From contig JBHLLT010000010.1 of the NCBI GenBank assembly GCA_048938855.1, positions 43,263-107,262 of the forward strand: a DNA stretch of 64,000 nt. Reading direction: 5' to 3'. Under the pieces are notes generated by a model that did not search any database, was not told the origin of the DNA, and worked only from the letters and a program-made list of their open reading frames with translations. Source of the DNA: Promethearchaeota archaeon. GTDB lineage: Archaea; Asgardarchaeota; Lokiarchaeia; Sigyniarchaeales; SOKP01. Below are positions 10,063 through 19,786 of the stretch, in pieces; within the stretch, counting starts at the first letter, position 1; each line of letters starts with the position of its first letter. Position numbers and translations under genes: made by a program.

Positions 10063-11151
10063 TTAAAATGATTTCATGTTAGAAGTCGTAATATATGAGG
10101 AATCTCCGATTGTAATACTCTTCTTTATTAAATCCTCTAAAATGGTAAAATCTCCCACAATACTTTCTGAAGATATTATTTTTTTCAAATTGGCTCCATC
10201 CCCAATAACAGATTCAGATAAAATACATTTTTCTAAAACCACATTATCTCCAATAGATAGATTTGGACCTATAACTGAGTCTTTTATTTTACAATTTTCA
10301 CCAATATAGACCGGAGGAACAATTTTTGAGTCGATAATATTACCAGAACGAAATAATTTCTCATATGTGGGATCATGGATTTTTACTTCTTCTAATAATA
10401 AACGATTTCCTGCTATTAGACTCTCAGGTCGACCAAAATCTAAAATATACTTTTTCATTTCATTGACTTTTAATTTAAAGCCTTCTTCAATTAATTGTTG
10501 AATAACAGGTGTAATGCTATGTTCTTGTCCGTTTTCTAATGGTATTTTACTCTGTTCTTCTAATAATTCAAATAATCGTGGTGTAATACTCATTCCAAAC
10601 AAATAAGCACCTGATACAGCTAGATTGGATTTAGGCTTTTCTGGTTTTTCTACAATATTTTTAACACTTCCTGCTCCGTTTAATTCAATCACACCATAAT
10701 ATTGTGGATTCTCTACTTGTTTAACATTTATCACACCATCACAAATATCTTGATGAAAATTTAATAATATCTGTGAATAATCCTCAATAGGAAGTCTATC
10801 GCTCAAAAAGACAAAACAATCGTCATTTTGAGCAAGATCTTTAGCCAATAAAATTGCATCTCCAAGACCACTAAAGAATGGTGTATCTGCTTCATAACCC
10901 AGTGGTTCTTGCTCTCTGAAGTGGAGTTCAAAATAATCTGAATGATTATTTTTAAGATACTCCATAATTTGCCTTTTTTTATAACCAACGATAAAACAGA
11001 TTTTAGTTCCTTTAGGGAAGGAATTTTTCAATTTATTAAGTATATGATCAATTAACCTTTTTCCAGCAATCTTCAAGAAAGCTTTTGGCTTAGAATATGT
11101 AAACGGCTGAAGTCTTTTACCCACTCCAGCTAGTGGTGCAATAAGAATCAT
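10063..11151 (-). CDS. Sugar-phosphate nucleotidyltransferase (glucose-1-phosphate thymidylyltransferase-like) with C-terminal left-handed beta-helix
   Basis: LAGVGKRLQPFT.SKPK, VEKP, hexapeptide repeats IGENC/IGPN/IGDN. Confidence 0.9.
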   Translation of the reverse strand: MILIAPLAGVGKRLQPFTYSKPKAFLKIAGKRLIDHILNKLKNSFPKGTKICFIVGYKKRQIMEYLKNNHSDYFELHFREQEPLGYEADTPFFSGLGDAILLAKDLAQNDDCFVFLSDRLPIEDYSQILLNFHQDICDGVINVKQVENPQYYGVIELNGAGSVKNIVEKPEKPKSNLAVSGAYLFGMSITPRLFELLEEQSKIPLENGQEHSITPVIQQLIEEGFKLKVNEMKKYILDFGRPESLIAGNRLLLEEVKIHDPTYEKLFRSGNIIDSKIVPPVYIGENCKIKDSVIGPNLSIGDNVVLEKCILSESVIGDGANLKKIISSESIVGDFTILEDLIKKSITIGDSSYITTSNMKSF

Positions 11152-11238
11152 TCTTTTAATTCTAAAGATGTCTAATTTGTAATATAAAAATTATAAAAAT
11201 TGATAAAATAAAAAGTATTTTGAAACAATTTTATAGTT

Positions 11239-11772
11239 TCACAATATTTTAATTAGTTTATCTAAAGTATCATAATATTCCGCTTCTTTTAGCTTTTCCT
11301 TAAGGCTGCTTTTTAGCTTTCTTAAATAATAATTATCTGAATTTGTTCTATTTGCACCATGTATCAATTTATTCATAGCAATTCTTACTTTCTCATCTAG
11401 AATTTTTGGTGGAATTTCTTTGTATTTGTTAATTAAATCTATTTTCTCGTCATGTAGTGTAGACTTTTCCCTATTTTCTGATAATCTGGTTAATATTGAA
11501 TTCAAATTTCTTATCCACATTTCAATTTTATCAATATCGCCTTTTAGATAAGTTCTTTGGTTTAACCAATCTTTAAATTCTAGAGTTTCTTTTAGAAATT
11601 TATCGATTTCAGAATTTTCACTCGTCTTTTCTGTCTCTTTTTTTACTATATCTCGGATCTTTTTTTTCTTTAATTCTTGAACTTCCTCTTTTGAGAGTTG
11701 CTTAAAGGCTTTTTCTCTTTTAATTTTTTGCTCCTCTGAATCCTTTTCATTAAGCCATTTATCTATTGACAT
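11239..11772 (-). CDS. Hypothetical charged helical protein
   Basis: 177-aa ORF rich in K/E, no recognisable motif. Confidence 0.6.
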   Translation of the reverse strand: MSIDKWLNEKDSEEQKIKREKAFKQLSKEEVQELKKKKIRDIVKKETEKTSENSEIDKFLKETLEFKDWLNQRTYLKGDIDKIEMWIRNLNSILTRLSENREKSTLHDEKIDLINKYKEIPPKILDEKVRIAMNKLIHGANRTNSDNYYLRKLKSSLKEKLKEAEYYDTLDKLIKIL

Positions 11773-11910
11773 CTTTAGTCTCAGTTACATTAAATATATT
11801 TATCATTATTTTGTTTATTATTAAGTATTTAACAGAAACGAATGTAGCTTTCTTATATTATATTTCGGATAAATTAAAATTAAGAATTAGTTTATTTAAT
11901 TATTGACAAG

Positions 11911-12681
11911 ATGAATATTAAAGGCATTATTTTTGATTTTGGTTTTACGTTATTTTATTTTGATAATCCTTCAGTTGAAAGATATTATGAATGTTTTAAA
12001 AAAGGATTAATGAAATCCATTGATATTTTGAAAGAAAAGAAAGTTTGGAGTGAGAAATTATCAAATGATTCGTTTGAAAAAAAGTTTGCTAAAAGCAGAC
12101 AACATTTTTTTAGAAAGAGTATAAAAACCAAAACTGAATTTCCAACATCGTTGATTTTTCAGAGAGTTTTAGAAACTTTAAAAGAAGAAAACATTATAAA
12201 TGATATTGAGCATATTGATGAAAAAACTTATAATAAATTAGCTGAGACTTATCATTCCTGTGAAGAAGATGAGTGGGAACCCTTTGAAAAATCAAGAGAA
12301 ACACTAGAATTATTAATAAAAAAGCACATAAAACTCGCTTTAATTTCTAATCATCCGCATCACCAAACAATTGAAAATATGCTAAAAAAACATGATTTTG
12401 TAAAATATTTTGATTGTATTTTAACATCTGCTAAATACGGAAGAAGAAAGCCAGATCCCAATATCTTTCTCTACACTCTCGAGCAGATAGGATTAAAGGA
12501 CCATGCTAATTCTGTAGTAATGTGTGGAGATGAATATGCTGATATAATTGGAGCCCAAAGAGCTAATTTACAATTTATATTGCTTGAAAGAAAATATAAA
12601 TTTCCTTTTGAAAAAGAAATTAATATATCAAATTTAAGAAAAATCAGTAATATTTCAGAAATTTTAAACTACATTTGTTAA
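11911..12681 (+). CDS. HAD-superfamily hydrolase (IA)
   Basis: FDFGFTL, ISN, KPDP.IF, GD...DI.GA. Confidence 0.88.
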   Translation: MNIKGIIFDFGFTLFYFDNPSVERYYECFKKGLMKSIDILKEKKVWSEKLSNDSFEKKFAKSRQHFFRKSIKTKTEFPTSLIFQRVLETLKEENIINDIEHIDEKTYNKLAETYHSCEEDEWEPFEKSRETLELLIKKHIKLALISNHPHHQTIENMLKKHDFVKYFDCILTSAKYGRRKPDPNIFLYTLEQIGLKDHANSVVMCGDEYADIIGAQRANLQFILLERKYKFPFEKEINISNLRKISNISEILNYIC

Positions 12682-12698
12682 TAAAAGGTAAATTTTAA

Positions 12699-12828
12699 TG
12701 GCCCGGGGGGGATTTGAACCCTCGATATCTGGCTCCGTTAGCCCAGAAATAATAATTTATTGCTGTCAAGCCAGCGCCGTAGATAAAAGCCCTGGGGGCT
12801 AATTCTATCCATACTAGACTACCGGGCC
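12699..12828 (-). tRNA. tRNA-Arg(GCG) with two introns: 26 nt at position 22/23 (12779-12804) and 29 nt at 34/35 inside the anticodon (12738-12766)
   Basis: Reverse complement folds with acceptor GGCCCGG/CCGGGCC-A, T-loop TTCAAAT and anticodon stem CTGGC/GCCAG; removing the BHB-bounded inserts gives a 75-nt tRNA with loop TT-GCG-GA and the Arg identity base A20. Confidence 0.85.
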
Positions 12829-12893
12829 ATGTAATCCTTAAAATGTATTACTATATTATAATTATTATCTAATGGTACCTAATAGTTAAAAGT

Positions 12894-13556
12894 ATGTCTG
12901 ATCAGTATTGCGTTATATTTGATATGGATGGTGTTTTAGCAGACACTGGACCTATTCATTTTGAAAGTTGGGTTAAAATGGCAGCAGAAATTGGTGTGAA
13001 ATTTACAAGAGATTTATTTGAAGAAACTTTTGGTCAACAGTCGCCTACCATTACACGTAAATTAGTAGGGGCAGATGTGGATGAAGATCTTGTGGAAAAA
13101 TGGGCTAGTCTTAAAGAGAAATACTATCGAGAGATGGTAAAAGAAAAACTAGAGCCTTTACCCGGCGTAGTAAGAATTATTAAAGAATTAAAAACAGAAG
13201 GCTTTAAATTGGCTATAGGTTCTAGTGGTCCACTTGAAAATGTGGAATTACTATTATCTCGACTAAATATTAAGCCATTTTTTGATGTGATAATTACTGC
13301 AGCAGATATTAAGAAGGGCAAACCTGAACCAGATGTATTTCTTACTGCTGCAAAAAAATTAGATATCATACCAAAAAATTGTATTGTCATTGAAGATGCA
13401 CCAGTTGGTTTAGAAGCTGCCAAAAGAGCAGGTATGATTTCAATAGCTCTTACAACGACCCATAATAAAGCAGAACTCATTGGTGCTAACTTAATAATTA
13501 AGGATCCAACTGAGATTAGCATTAGGGATATTAAAAATCTATTTGAATTGAGTTAA
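12894..13556 (+). CDS. HAD phosphatase, beta-phosphoglucomutase-like family
   Basis: FDMDGVL.D, GSS, KPEPDVF, EDAP.G..AA..AGM. Confidence 0.9.
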   Translation: MSDQYCVIFDMDGVLADTGPIHFESWVKMAAEIGVKFTRDLFEETFGQQSPTITRKLVGADVDEDLVEKWASLKEKYYREMVKEKLEPLPGVVRIIKELKTEGFKLAIGSSGPLENVELLLSRLNIKPFFDVIITAADIKKGKPEPDVFLTAAKKLDIIPKNCIVIEDAPVGLEAAKRAGMISIALTTTHNKAELIGANLIIKDPTEISIRDIKNLFELS

Positions 13557-13648
13557 AATATCAAATAAAATGAAATTTTATATTTTTTACAATAATACTT
13601 CAATTATATTAAATTCTTAAAACTACAATCAAAAAAAGGTTTAATTTT

Positions 13649-14614
13649 ATGGTAAAAACAAAAGTAACAGAAATGCTGGGTATAAAATATCCTATTTTCT
13701 GTGGAAATATGATGAATATTAGTTATCCCTCATTTGCCGCTGCATGTTCAAATGCGGGTGCTCTTGGAATTATGGCTTCTGTAATGTACAGAAAACCAGA
13801 AGAATTACGGGAGGCACTCATAGAACTTAAATCTTTAACAGACAAACCAATTGCTGTAAATGTAAATTTATTTCCCATGTTAAAGCCAATTAAACAGATA
13901 GATCACGTAAAGGTGATGTTAGATGAAGGAATTAAGATTATCGAGACTTCTGGTCATCAAGCGCCTGATAAATATATTCCCCTGTTTAAAGAGCACCAAG
14001 TCACTTGGATCCATAAATGTGCTGGAGTTCGCTATGCACAAAAGGCAGCTTCATTAGGTGCGGACATTGTCGAAGTAGTTGGTTGGGAAAATGGTGGTGC
14101 AACAGGACGTTATGATATTGGAACATTAGTATTGACTCCTGCTACTATTGATGCTATAGATATACCTGTTGTAGCTGGAGGTGGTATTTCAGATGGCAGG
14201 GGTGTAGCTGCAGTATTAGCATTAGGCGCAGAAGCGGCGCTTATGGGCACTCGTATCATGGCTACTCAAGAATGTCCTATACACGATAATTTAAAACAAG
14301 CTTTTATAAATGCTTCAGTCTATGATACTATGCTTATTATGCGATCTCTTAATGCTACTCATCGAGTATGGAATAATCAAGCAGCACAAAAAGTTATTGA
14401 GTTAGAGAAATCTAAAAGTAATCAAATGGACATATTTAATGCTGCTGCCGGTGCTAAATCTAAGATGATGTATGAAGAAGGCAATTTAGATGTGGGTGTA
14501 GTTTCACTTGGTCAAGGTGTAGGGCTTATTCACGATATTCCCACAGTAAAAGATTTAATTGAACGGATTATGAACGAAACCAATAAAATCATTCAAAATC
14601 TTTCTAAATTATAA
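13649..14614 (+). CDS. Nitronate monooxygenase / FabK-like FMN oxidoreductase
   Basis: LGIKYPI, G.E.GG, IPVVAGGGISDGRG, MGTR, GQGVGLI. Confidence 0.88.
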   Translation: MVKTKVTEMLGIKYPIFCGNMMNISYPSFAAACSNAGALGIMASVMYRKPEELREALIELKSLTDKPIAVNVNLFPMLKPIKQIDHVKVMLDEGIKIIETSGHQAPDKYIPLFKEHQVTWIHKCAGVRYAQKAASLGADIVEVVGWENGGATGRYDIGTLVLTPATIDAIDIPVVAGGGISDGRGVAAVLALGAEAALMGTRIMATQECPIHDNLKQAFINASVYDTMLIMRSLNATHRVWNNQAAQKVIELEKSKSNQMDIFNAAAGAKSKMMYEEGNLDVGVVSLGQGVGLIHDIPTVKDLIERIMNETNKIIQNLSKL

Positions 14615-14682
14615 CTTTAAATTTAAATTTGTTTTTTATTTTAAATATTCATTGATGATCCAAAATTAACAGAATAGAATTT

Positions 14683-16443
14683 ATGTCTGATAAAGATATT
14701 AAACAATTACTTTGGTTATATGGCCTGAAAAATGCGGTCAAATTTAATGGGCATCCAAATAAAAAAGCAATAATGGGAAAGTTAATGGCTTCTAAACCTG
14801 ACTTAAGAACCCAAACTAAAGTCATAATTCCTATGTTAGATCAAGTCATAAATATAATTTTAAAGTTAGATTTAGAACAGCAAAAGAAAAAGCTATTGGA
14901 ATTGGATCCTCATGCTTTAGATAAACAAGAAAAAATTGAAGAAATTAAAGAATTGCCTGAATTACCGAACCTCTCTGAATATAAAAAAATTGTTATGCGT
15001 TTAGCTCCCTATCCAAGTGGGGCATTACACATAGGAAACGCTAGAATGATTATATTAAACCATGAGTATACTAAGAAATATAATGGTGAACTTATTCTTT
15101 TTTATGATGATACAATTGGGAGTCCTAAGTCCTTGCGAGACAGTCCTAAAGCAAAATATGTATTACCAGAAGCTTATGATTTAATAAGGGAGGGTTTAGA
15201 ATGGTTAGGGGTAAAATATAACAAAGTGTATTATAAAAGTGATAGATTAGAGATTTTTTATGATTATTGTGAGAAATTAATTAAAGATAATATTGCTTAT
15301 GTTTGTTTTTGTTCTGCTGGTGATTTCCGTGAAAAATACAAGAAAAACCAATCAAATTGTCCTCATAGAGATCAGCCTATCGAAAAAAATTTAGAAGAAT
15401 GGAATGCTATGCTTAGTAGAAAATATTCTGAAGGCGAAGTTGTTGTTAGATTAAAAACTGGTATGGATCAAAAAGATCCAGCTTTAAGAGATCAGATTAT
15501 AATGAGAATTTCAGAAGCAGAACACCCAAGAGTGGGTAATAAATATATGGTTTGGCCTATGCTTGAATATTCCTGGGCAATTGACGATTATTTAATTGGT
15601 GCAACTCATATACTAAGAGGGAATGACTTAGTTAAAGAAGGAAAAATAGAAGAATTTATCTGGGATCATTTTGGTTGGAGAAAGGCTGAATTAATATATT
15701 ATGGAAGAATTAATTTTGCTGATATGAAATTGAGTAAGACTGAATCTAGAAATAACATTCAGAGTGGAAAATATGAAGGATGGGAAGATCCTAGAACATG
15801 GAGTTTACAATCTCTCAGAAAAAGAGGGATAAAACCGGAAGCATTAAGAGAAGCATTATTAGAACTGGGTTTATCGCAATCAGGAATAACATTTTCAGTA
15901 AATTGGTTGTACTCGAAAAATCAAGATATTATAGATGAGATCTCAAATAGATATTTTTATGTTGAAAATCCGATATCAATGATTATTGACAATATTACTG
16001 AAAATGAGTATATTGCAAAGCCCCTATTACATCCGACAGAACCGAAAAAAGGAAAGAGAATTATAAAATGCAAAACAAGAGATAACCAATTAAATCTATT
16101 AATTTCTTTATCAGATGCAAAGAAAATTAAGAAGGATCAAGTTGTTCGGTTAAAAGATTTAATAAATATAAAGATTAATTCTATTGATTTGAATAAAAAT
16201 ATAATTTTTGCTTCATACCATAGTAAAGAATTAGATAGAGAATTATCAATTATTCATTGGGTTCCTCAGGATGAAAATATTGAGGTCTCCATCCTAAATC
16301 CTAATGGTGCTTTATCAAAAGGCAAGGGTGAGTTGAACCTTTTAGAAATTCCTATGAATCAAACAATCCAATTTGAACGTTTTGGATTTGTTAATCCTAT
16401 AAAATGTGAAGATAATCATCTCTATTGTTATTTTACGCATTAG
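14683..16443 (+). CDS. gltX: Glutamate--tRNA ligase (archaeal type)
   Basis: RLAPYPSGALHIGN (HIGH), THILRG, KLSK (KMSKS), QFERFGF. Confidence 0.95.
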   Translation: MSDKDIKQLLWLYGLKNAVKFNGHPNKKAIMGKLMASKPDLRTQTKVIIPMLDQVINIILKLDLEQQKKKLLELDPHALDKQEKIEEIKELPELPNLSEYKKIVMRLAPYPSGALHIGNARMIILNHEYTKKYNGELILFYDDTIGSPKSLRDSPKAKYVLPEAYDLIREGLEWLGVKYNKVYYKSDRLEIFYDYCEKLIKDNIAYVCFCSAGDFREKYKKNQSNCPHRDQPIEKNLEEWNAMLSRKYSEGEVVVRLKTGMDQKDPALRDQIIMRISEAEHPRVGNKYMVWPMLEYSWAIDDYLIGATHILRGNDLVKEGKIEEFIWDHFGWRKAELIYYGRINFADMKLSKTESRNNIQSGKYEGWEDPRTWSLQSLRKRGIKPEALREALLELGLSQSGITFSVNWLYSKNQDIIDEISNRYFYVENPISMIIDNITENEYIAKPLLHPTEPKKGKRIIKCKTRDNQLNLLISLSDAKKIKKDQVVRLKDLINIKINSIDLNKNIIFASYHSKELDRELSIIHWVPQDENIEVSILNPNGALSKGKGELNLLEIPMNQTIQFERFGFVNPIKCEDNHLYCYFTH

Positions 16444-16632
16444 ATAATACTGATTATAAGAAACCAAAACATGATTTTAGCCCTTAATTTATCAAAATTT
16501 GTCGACAAATTATTTCTATAAAAACACATCAGAATATTGTGTAATTATAGATTAAGAGGATAAAATTTTAATAAATAAATAGCAATTTGTAACTCTATAT
16601 AAATATTAAATTTAGTTGGGATAATATTTTTC

Positions 16633-18546
16633 ATGCGGTATTTGCCTTGTAAAAAATGTGGTTCTGGTTTGGCGATCGTGAAAGGATCTGTAGGCCAATG
16701 TCCTTATTGCGGAGCAAAAACCCTTTATATGGAGGCAATTTACTCTTTTAAGTATTATCTATCAGAAATTTTAAATCTCACGTTGTATAAAACTGAAAAA
16801 CCTGCTAAAGTCTCAGAACTCGAGAGAAGAAGAACTCTAATTGAAAATTTTTACTATAATCTTAAAGCTGATTTTGACGAATATAGACATTTAATAATTA
16901 CTAAATTAGATATGATAAGCATCGATCCTTTGAAACTGTTCCACACAATTCGTACTGCTGGTAATTTTGGGATCATAATTGAGGAGATCATTTTACCTGA
17001 TATAGATGATGAGGTAAATAGAAAGAAGTATAAAGAGTTCAAAGATAACTCTTTTATTATCCATAAATCATTAATCGCCTTATATTATAGTTATTTAGCT
17101 AAAAATTCATTATCTATTGAACATTGTAAGAAATATTATAAACTTGCAGAAAATAACTATCGAAATATTGTAGATTTCTGTAATATTAGTAAACTTGAAT
17201 ATATAAAGTCTAATATTTATAAGAATAAAGAGATTTATGTTATTCTTTCAGAATTTACTGCTATACTAAGAGGTCTTCTAAATAATAATCCAAAGTTTTA
17301 TTCTGATAAATTGGAAGATTTACTTGATAGATTAATTAAAACTAAAGTAGATGAATTTCGAAAGTATAATTTATATAATCAAATCGAAAATATTTATCAG
17401 TTAGAACGTGAAACAAGTGTTGTTTTAGAAAAAGTAAAAATTGATTGTCCATTGCTGTCGACTGATAATTTAGAAGAAAACCTTATATTTAATAATGAAG
17501 AAAATATGGAGAAGCTTAATAGTGTTCGGAATTGGATTGAGACGGTTTCTGAGAGATACCAAAGATATCAAAGGAACCTTTTAAAACTACATTCTGGAAA
17601 ATTAGTTAAGTACTTGGAATCTTATCGTACAGAATTTATCAGTTATAAAGACAAAAATATTCAAAAATTCAATACTTTGTTAGAAGTTATGATATTAAAA
17701 GCTCTTGAGGGGTATAACACTGAAACTGCTGAACTTTTGAATAATCTTAGTGATTTTTTACAAGAAGATAAGTTAAATGAAAAAATTATTGATAAATTTG
17801 AAATTGAGTATAACGATTTAATCCAATTAGATGATCTCTTAAAAAATTTTATCAAAAGTCTTTTCAAGAAACCTTTACTTCGAAACCTCGAAGCAGAATA
17901 TTACAAGAAATTAATGTCGTTAATCTTAACCAAACATACAGAATTTGATAATTATATCTTGAAATATATTAATTATATGTTTCAACGGTTTGAAGAAGCA
18001 AGAGGTAAAAAAATTCTCACTTTAGAAGAACAAAAAAGCCAATTTAATTCAAATGTAAAGCCCAATCTTAAAAAACTTATTAAAATGAGTTTTAATCTAA
18101 ATGATAAAGCTATACCATACCCTCTTTTCATAGATCTCAAAGTACAAAATAAAAAACTTAAATTAAATCACCCAGAAATTATCACAGTCTCAATTGAGAA
18201 TCCTAATTTAAGTGAAATTAAAGATATAAAAATTTACTTCTTTATGTCTCATTCATTTGAATCTAAATTAGAGTTTACTAGCATTAAAAGATTAAAGTCT
18301 AATGAAATTTCAAAAATCAAGACTAAAATTATTCCAAAAAAAATTGGTAGTTTTCTTTTTATGGTAATGATAGAATATCAGCATATTAATAAAACATTTT
18401 GGATGCCTTCATTAAAGCTCGAATTAGAAGTTGAAAGAGATGAAGAACTCGCTAAATATGTTCAATATCAATTATCTAAATCAGGATTTTTACAAAGCGA
18501 TATTGAAATAAATAGGATCAATAGGTTTATGAGAATTAGTATTTAA
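16633..18546 (+). CDS. Hypothetical protein: N-terminal zinc ribbon, long helical region, C-terminal Ig-like beta-sandwich
   Basis: CKKCG...CPYCG; helical E/K/L-rich core; ITVSIENP....IKDIKIYF ... IKTKIIPKKIGSFLF.VMIEY. Confidence 0.65.
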   Translation: MRYLPCKKCGSGLAIVKGSVGQCPYCGAKTLYMEAIYSFKYYLSEILNLTLYKTEKPAKVSELERRRTLIENFYYNLKADFDEYRHLIITKLDMISIDPLKLFHTIRTAGNFGIIIEEIILPDIDDEVNRKKYKEFKDNSFIIHKSLIALYYSYLAKNSLSIEHCKKYYKLAENNYRNIVDFCNISKLEYIKSNIYKNKEIYVILSEFTAILRGLLNNNPKFYSDKLEDLLDRLIKTKVDEFRKYNLYNQIENIYQLERETSVVLEKVKIDCPLLSTDNLEENLIFNNEENMEKLNSVRNWIETVSERYQRYQRNLLKLHSGKLVKYLESYRTEFISYKDKNIQKFNTLLEVMILKALEGYNTETAELLNNLSDFLQEDKLNEKIIDKFEIEYNDLIQLDDLLKNFIKSLFKKPLLRNLEAEYYKKLMSLILTKHTEFDNYILKYINYMFQRFEEARGKKILTLEEQKSQFNSNVKPNLKKLIKMSFNLNDKAIPYPLFIDLKVQNKKLKLNHPEIITVSIENPNLSEIKDIKIYFFMSHSFESKLEFTSIKRLKSNEISKIKTKIIPKKIGSFLFMVMIEYQHINKTFWMPSLKLELEVERDEELAKYVQYQLSKSGFLQSDIEINRINRFMRISI

Positions 18547-18631
18547 AATTAGCTTTCTACCACTTATTTTAACGATTTTAAATTTGAAACATAAAGCTTT
18601 TAGTAATTAACTTTCTTACTCTAAATAGATA

Positions 18632-19768
18632 ATGACGGATAAAGAAATTCAAGATTCTGAACAAGAGTCAAAAATCTCAAATTCTGAGGATACAAAAGAT
18701 ATTAGTGATAGTTCTTGGACTTTTTGCCCTGTTTGTGGTAATGAAATACCCAAAATTCAGAAGCTTAAATTTTGTTTTAAATGCGGAACGGATCTTAAAT
18801 ATCTCAAGGAACATAAACAGTTAAAACCAACTGACGCAAATAGTCCTTATATTCAAACAAGGAACTACCCCCAACATGAGATTCCACTAATTTCTTATGG
18901 TCCTCTAAAAATTGAAGATGATGAGATTATTAACACAAAAAATCATGAATTATGGGGAACAGGAGCTTCTATAGGAATCTCCCTTGGTGCCTTTTTTGCT
19001 ATGAATTTTGCTACGGCAGGAATTCTTGTAATAATGGTCTTCATGTCTTTTGATTTAGAGGCATTAGTCGAAATTGTCGCAAATCCATATTTCGTTGCCA
19101 TTAGTTCCTTATTTGAATTGATCTTTGTATTATTTCCGGTATTATATGTAGGGAAATATCTCAGAAATCCTTCTTTAAAAAATAGGTTGGGATTACTAGG
19201 TTTTACCTCAAAAGGGTTGGATAGGAAAGGAATAGTCAAAGAGATATACATAGGTTTAGGATTTGCTGTTGCTGCATATTTCTTAGTTTTTGGAGTTTCA
19301 TTTTTGACTGAGATAATCCTTGAATTTATTTTTGGAATTCAGATTATACAGGATATAAATTCTGGTGCAGGTGGCGCGGGAATTGTTTTTATACAAGGTG
19401 ATATTTTAAGTATAGTTCTCTTATCTGTGGTAATGATATTAATAATTGGAACATCTGAGGAAATTTTATTCAGAGGATTTATGCAAAAAGGATTGACACG
19501 GAGTCTAGGAAGTAAAGGAGGTATAATACTAACAGCATTCATTTTTGCTATGATTCATGTATTAGGAGTAGTGCTCTTGTTTATAGATGCACCAATATAT
19601 CTTCTTATTTCATTTCTTCTATCGTTTTTTCCTTATTTTGCAGTTTCAATTTTATTAGGTTTAATTTATTATTGGAGAAAAGAGAATCTGATAGCGGTCA
19701 TAATAACTCATGGCGTTTATGATGCATTGACAATAATAGTAGCATATATTTCTCTTTATGGTTTCTAA
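18632..19768 (+). CDS. CPBP (Abi/Rce1-like) intramembrane metalloprotease with N-terminal double zinc ribbon
   Basis: CPVC/CFKC; EEILFRG, FAMIH, HGVYD. Confidence 0.9.
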   Translation: MTDKEIQDSEQESKISNSEDTKDISDSSWTFCPVCGNEIPKIQKLKFCFKCGTDLKYLKEHKQLKPTDANSPYIQTRNYPQHEIPLISYGPLKIEDDEIINTKNHELWGTGASIGISLGAFFAMNFATAGILVIMVFMSFDLEALVEIVANPYFVAISSLFELIFVLFPVLYVGKYLRNPSLKNRLGLLGFTSKGLDRKGIVKEIYIGLGFAVAAYFLVFGVSFLTEIILEFIFGIQIIQDINSGAGGAGIVFIQGDILSIVLLSVVMILIIGTSEEILFRGFMQKGLTRSLGSKGGIILTAFIFAMIHVLGVVLLFIDAPIYLLISFLLSFFPYFAVSILLGLIYYWRKENLIAVIITHGVYDALTIIVAYISLYGF

Positions 19769-19786
19769 AACATAAAACTACTGAAT

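Noticed and set aside
12699-12828. tRNA-Val(GAC) with a canonical 37/38 intron
   Set aside because: No BHB helix forms in that register; the 34/35 register gives a good BHB and Arg identity elements
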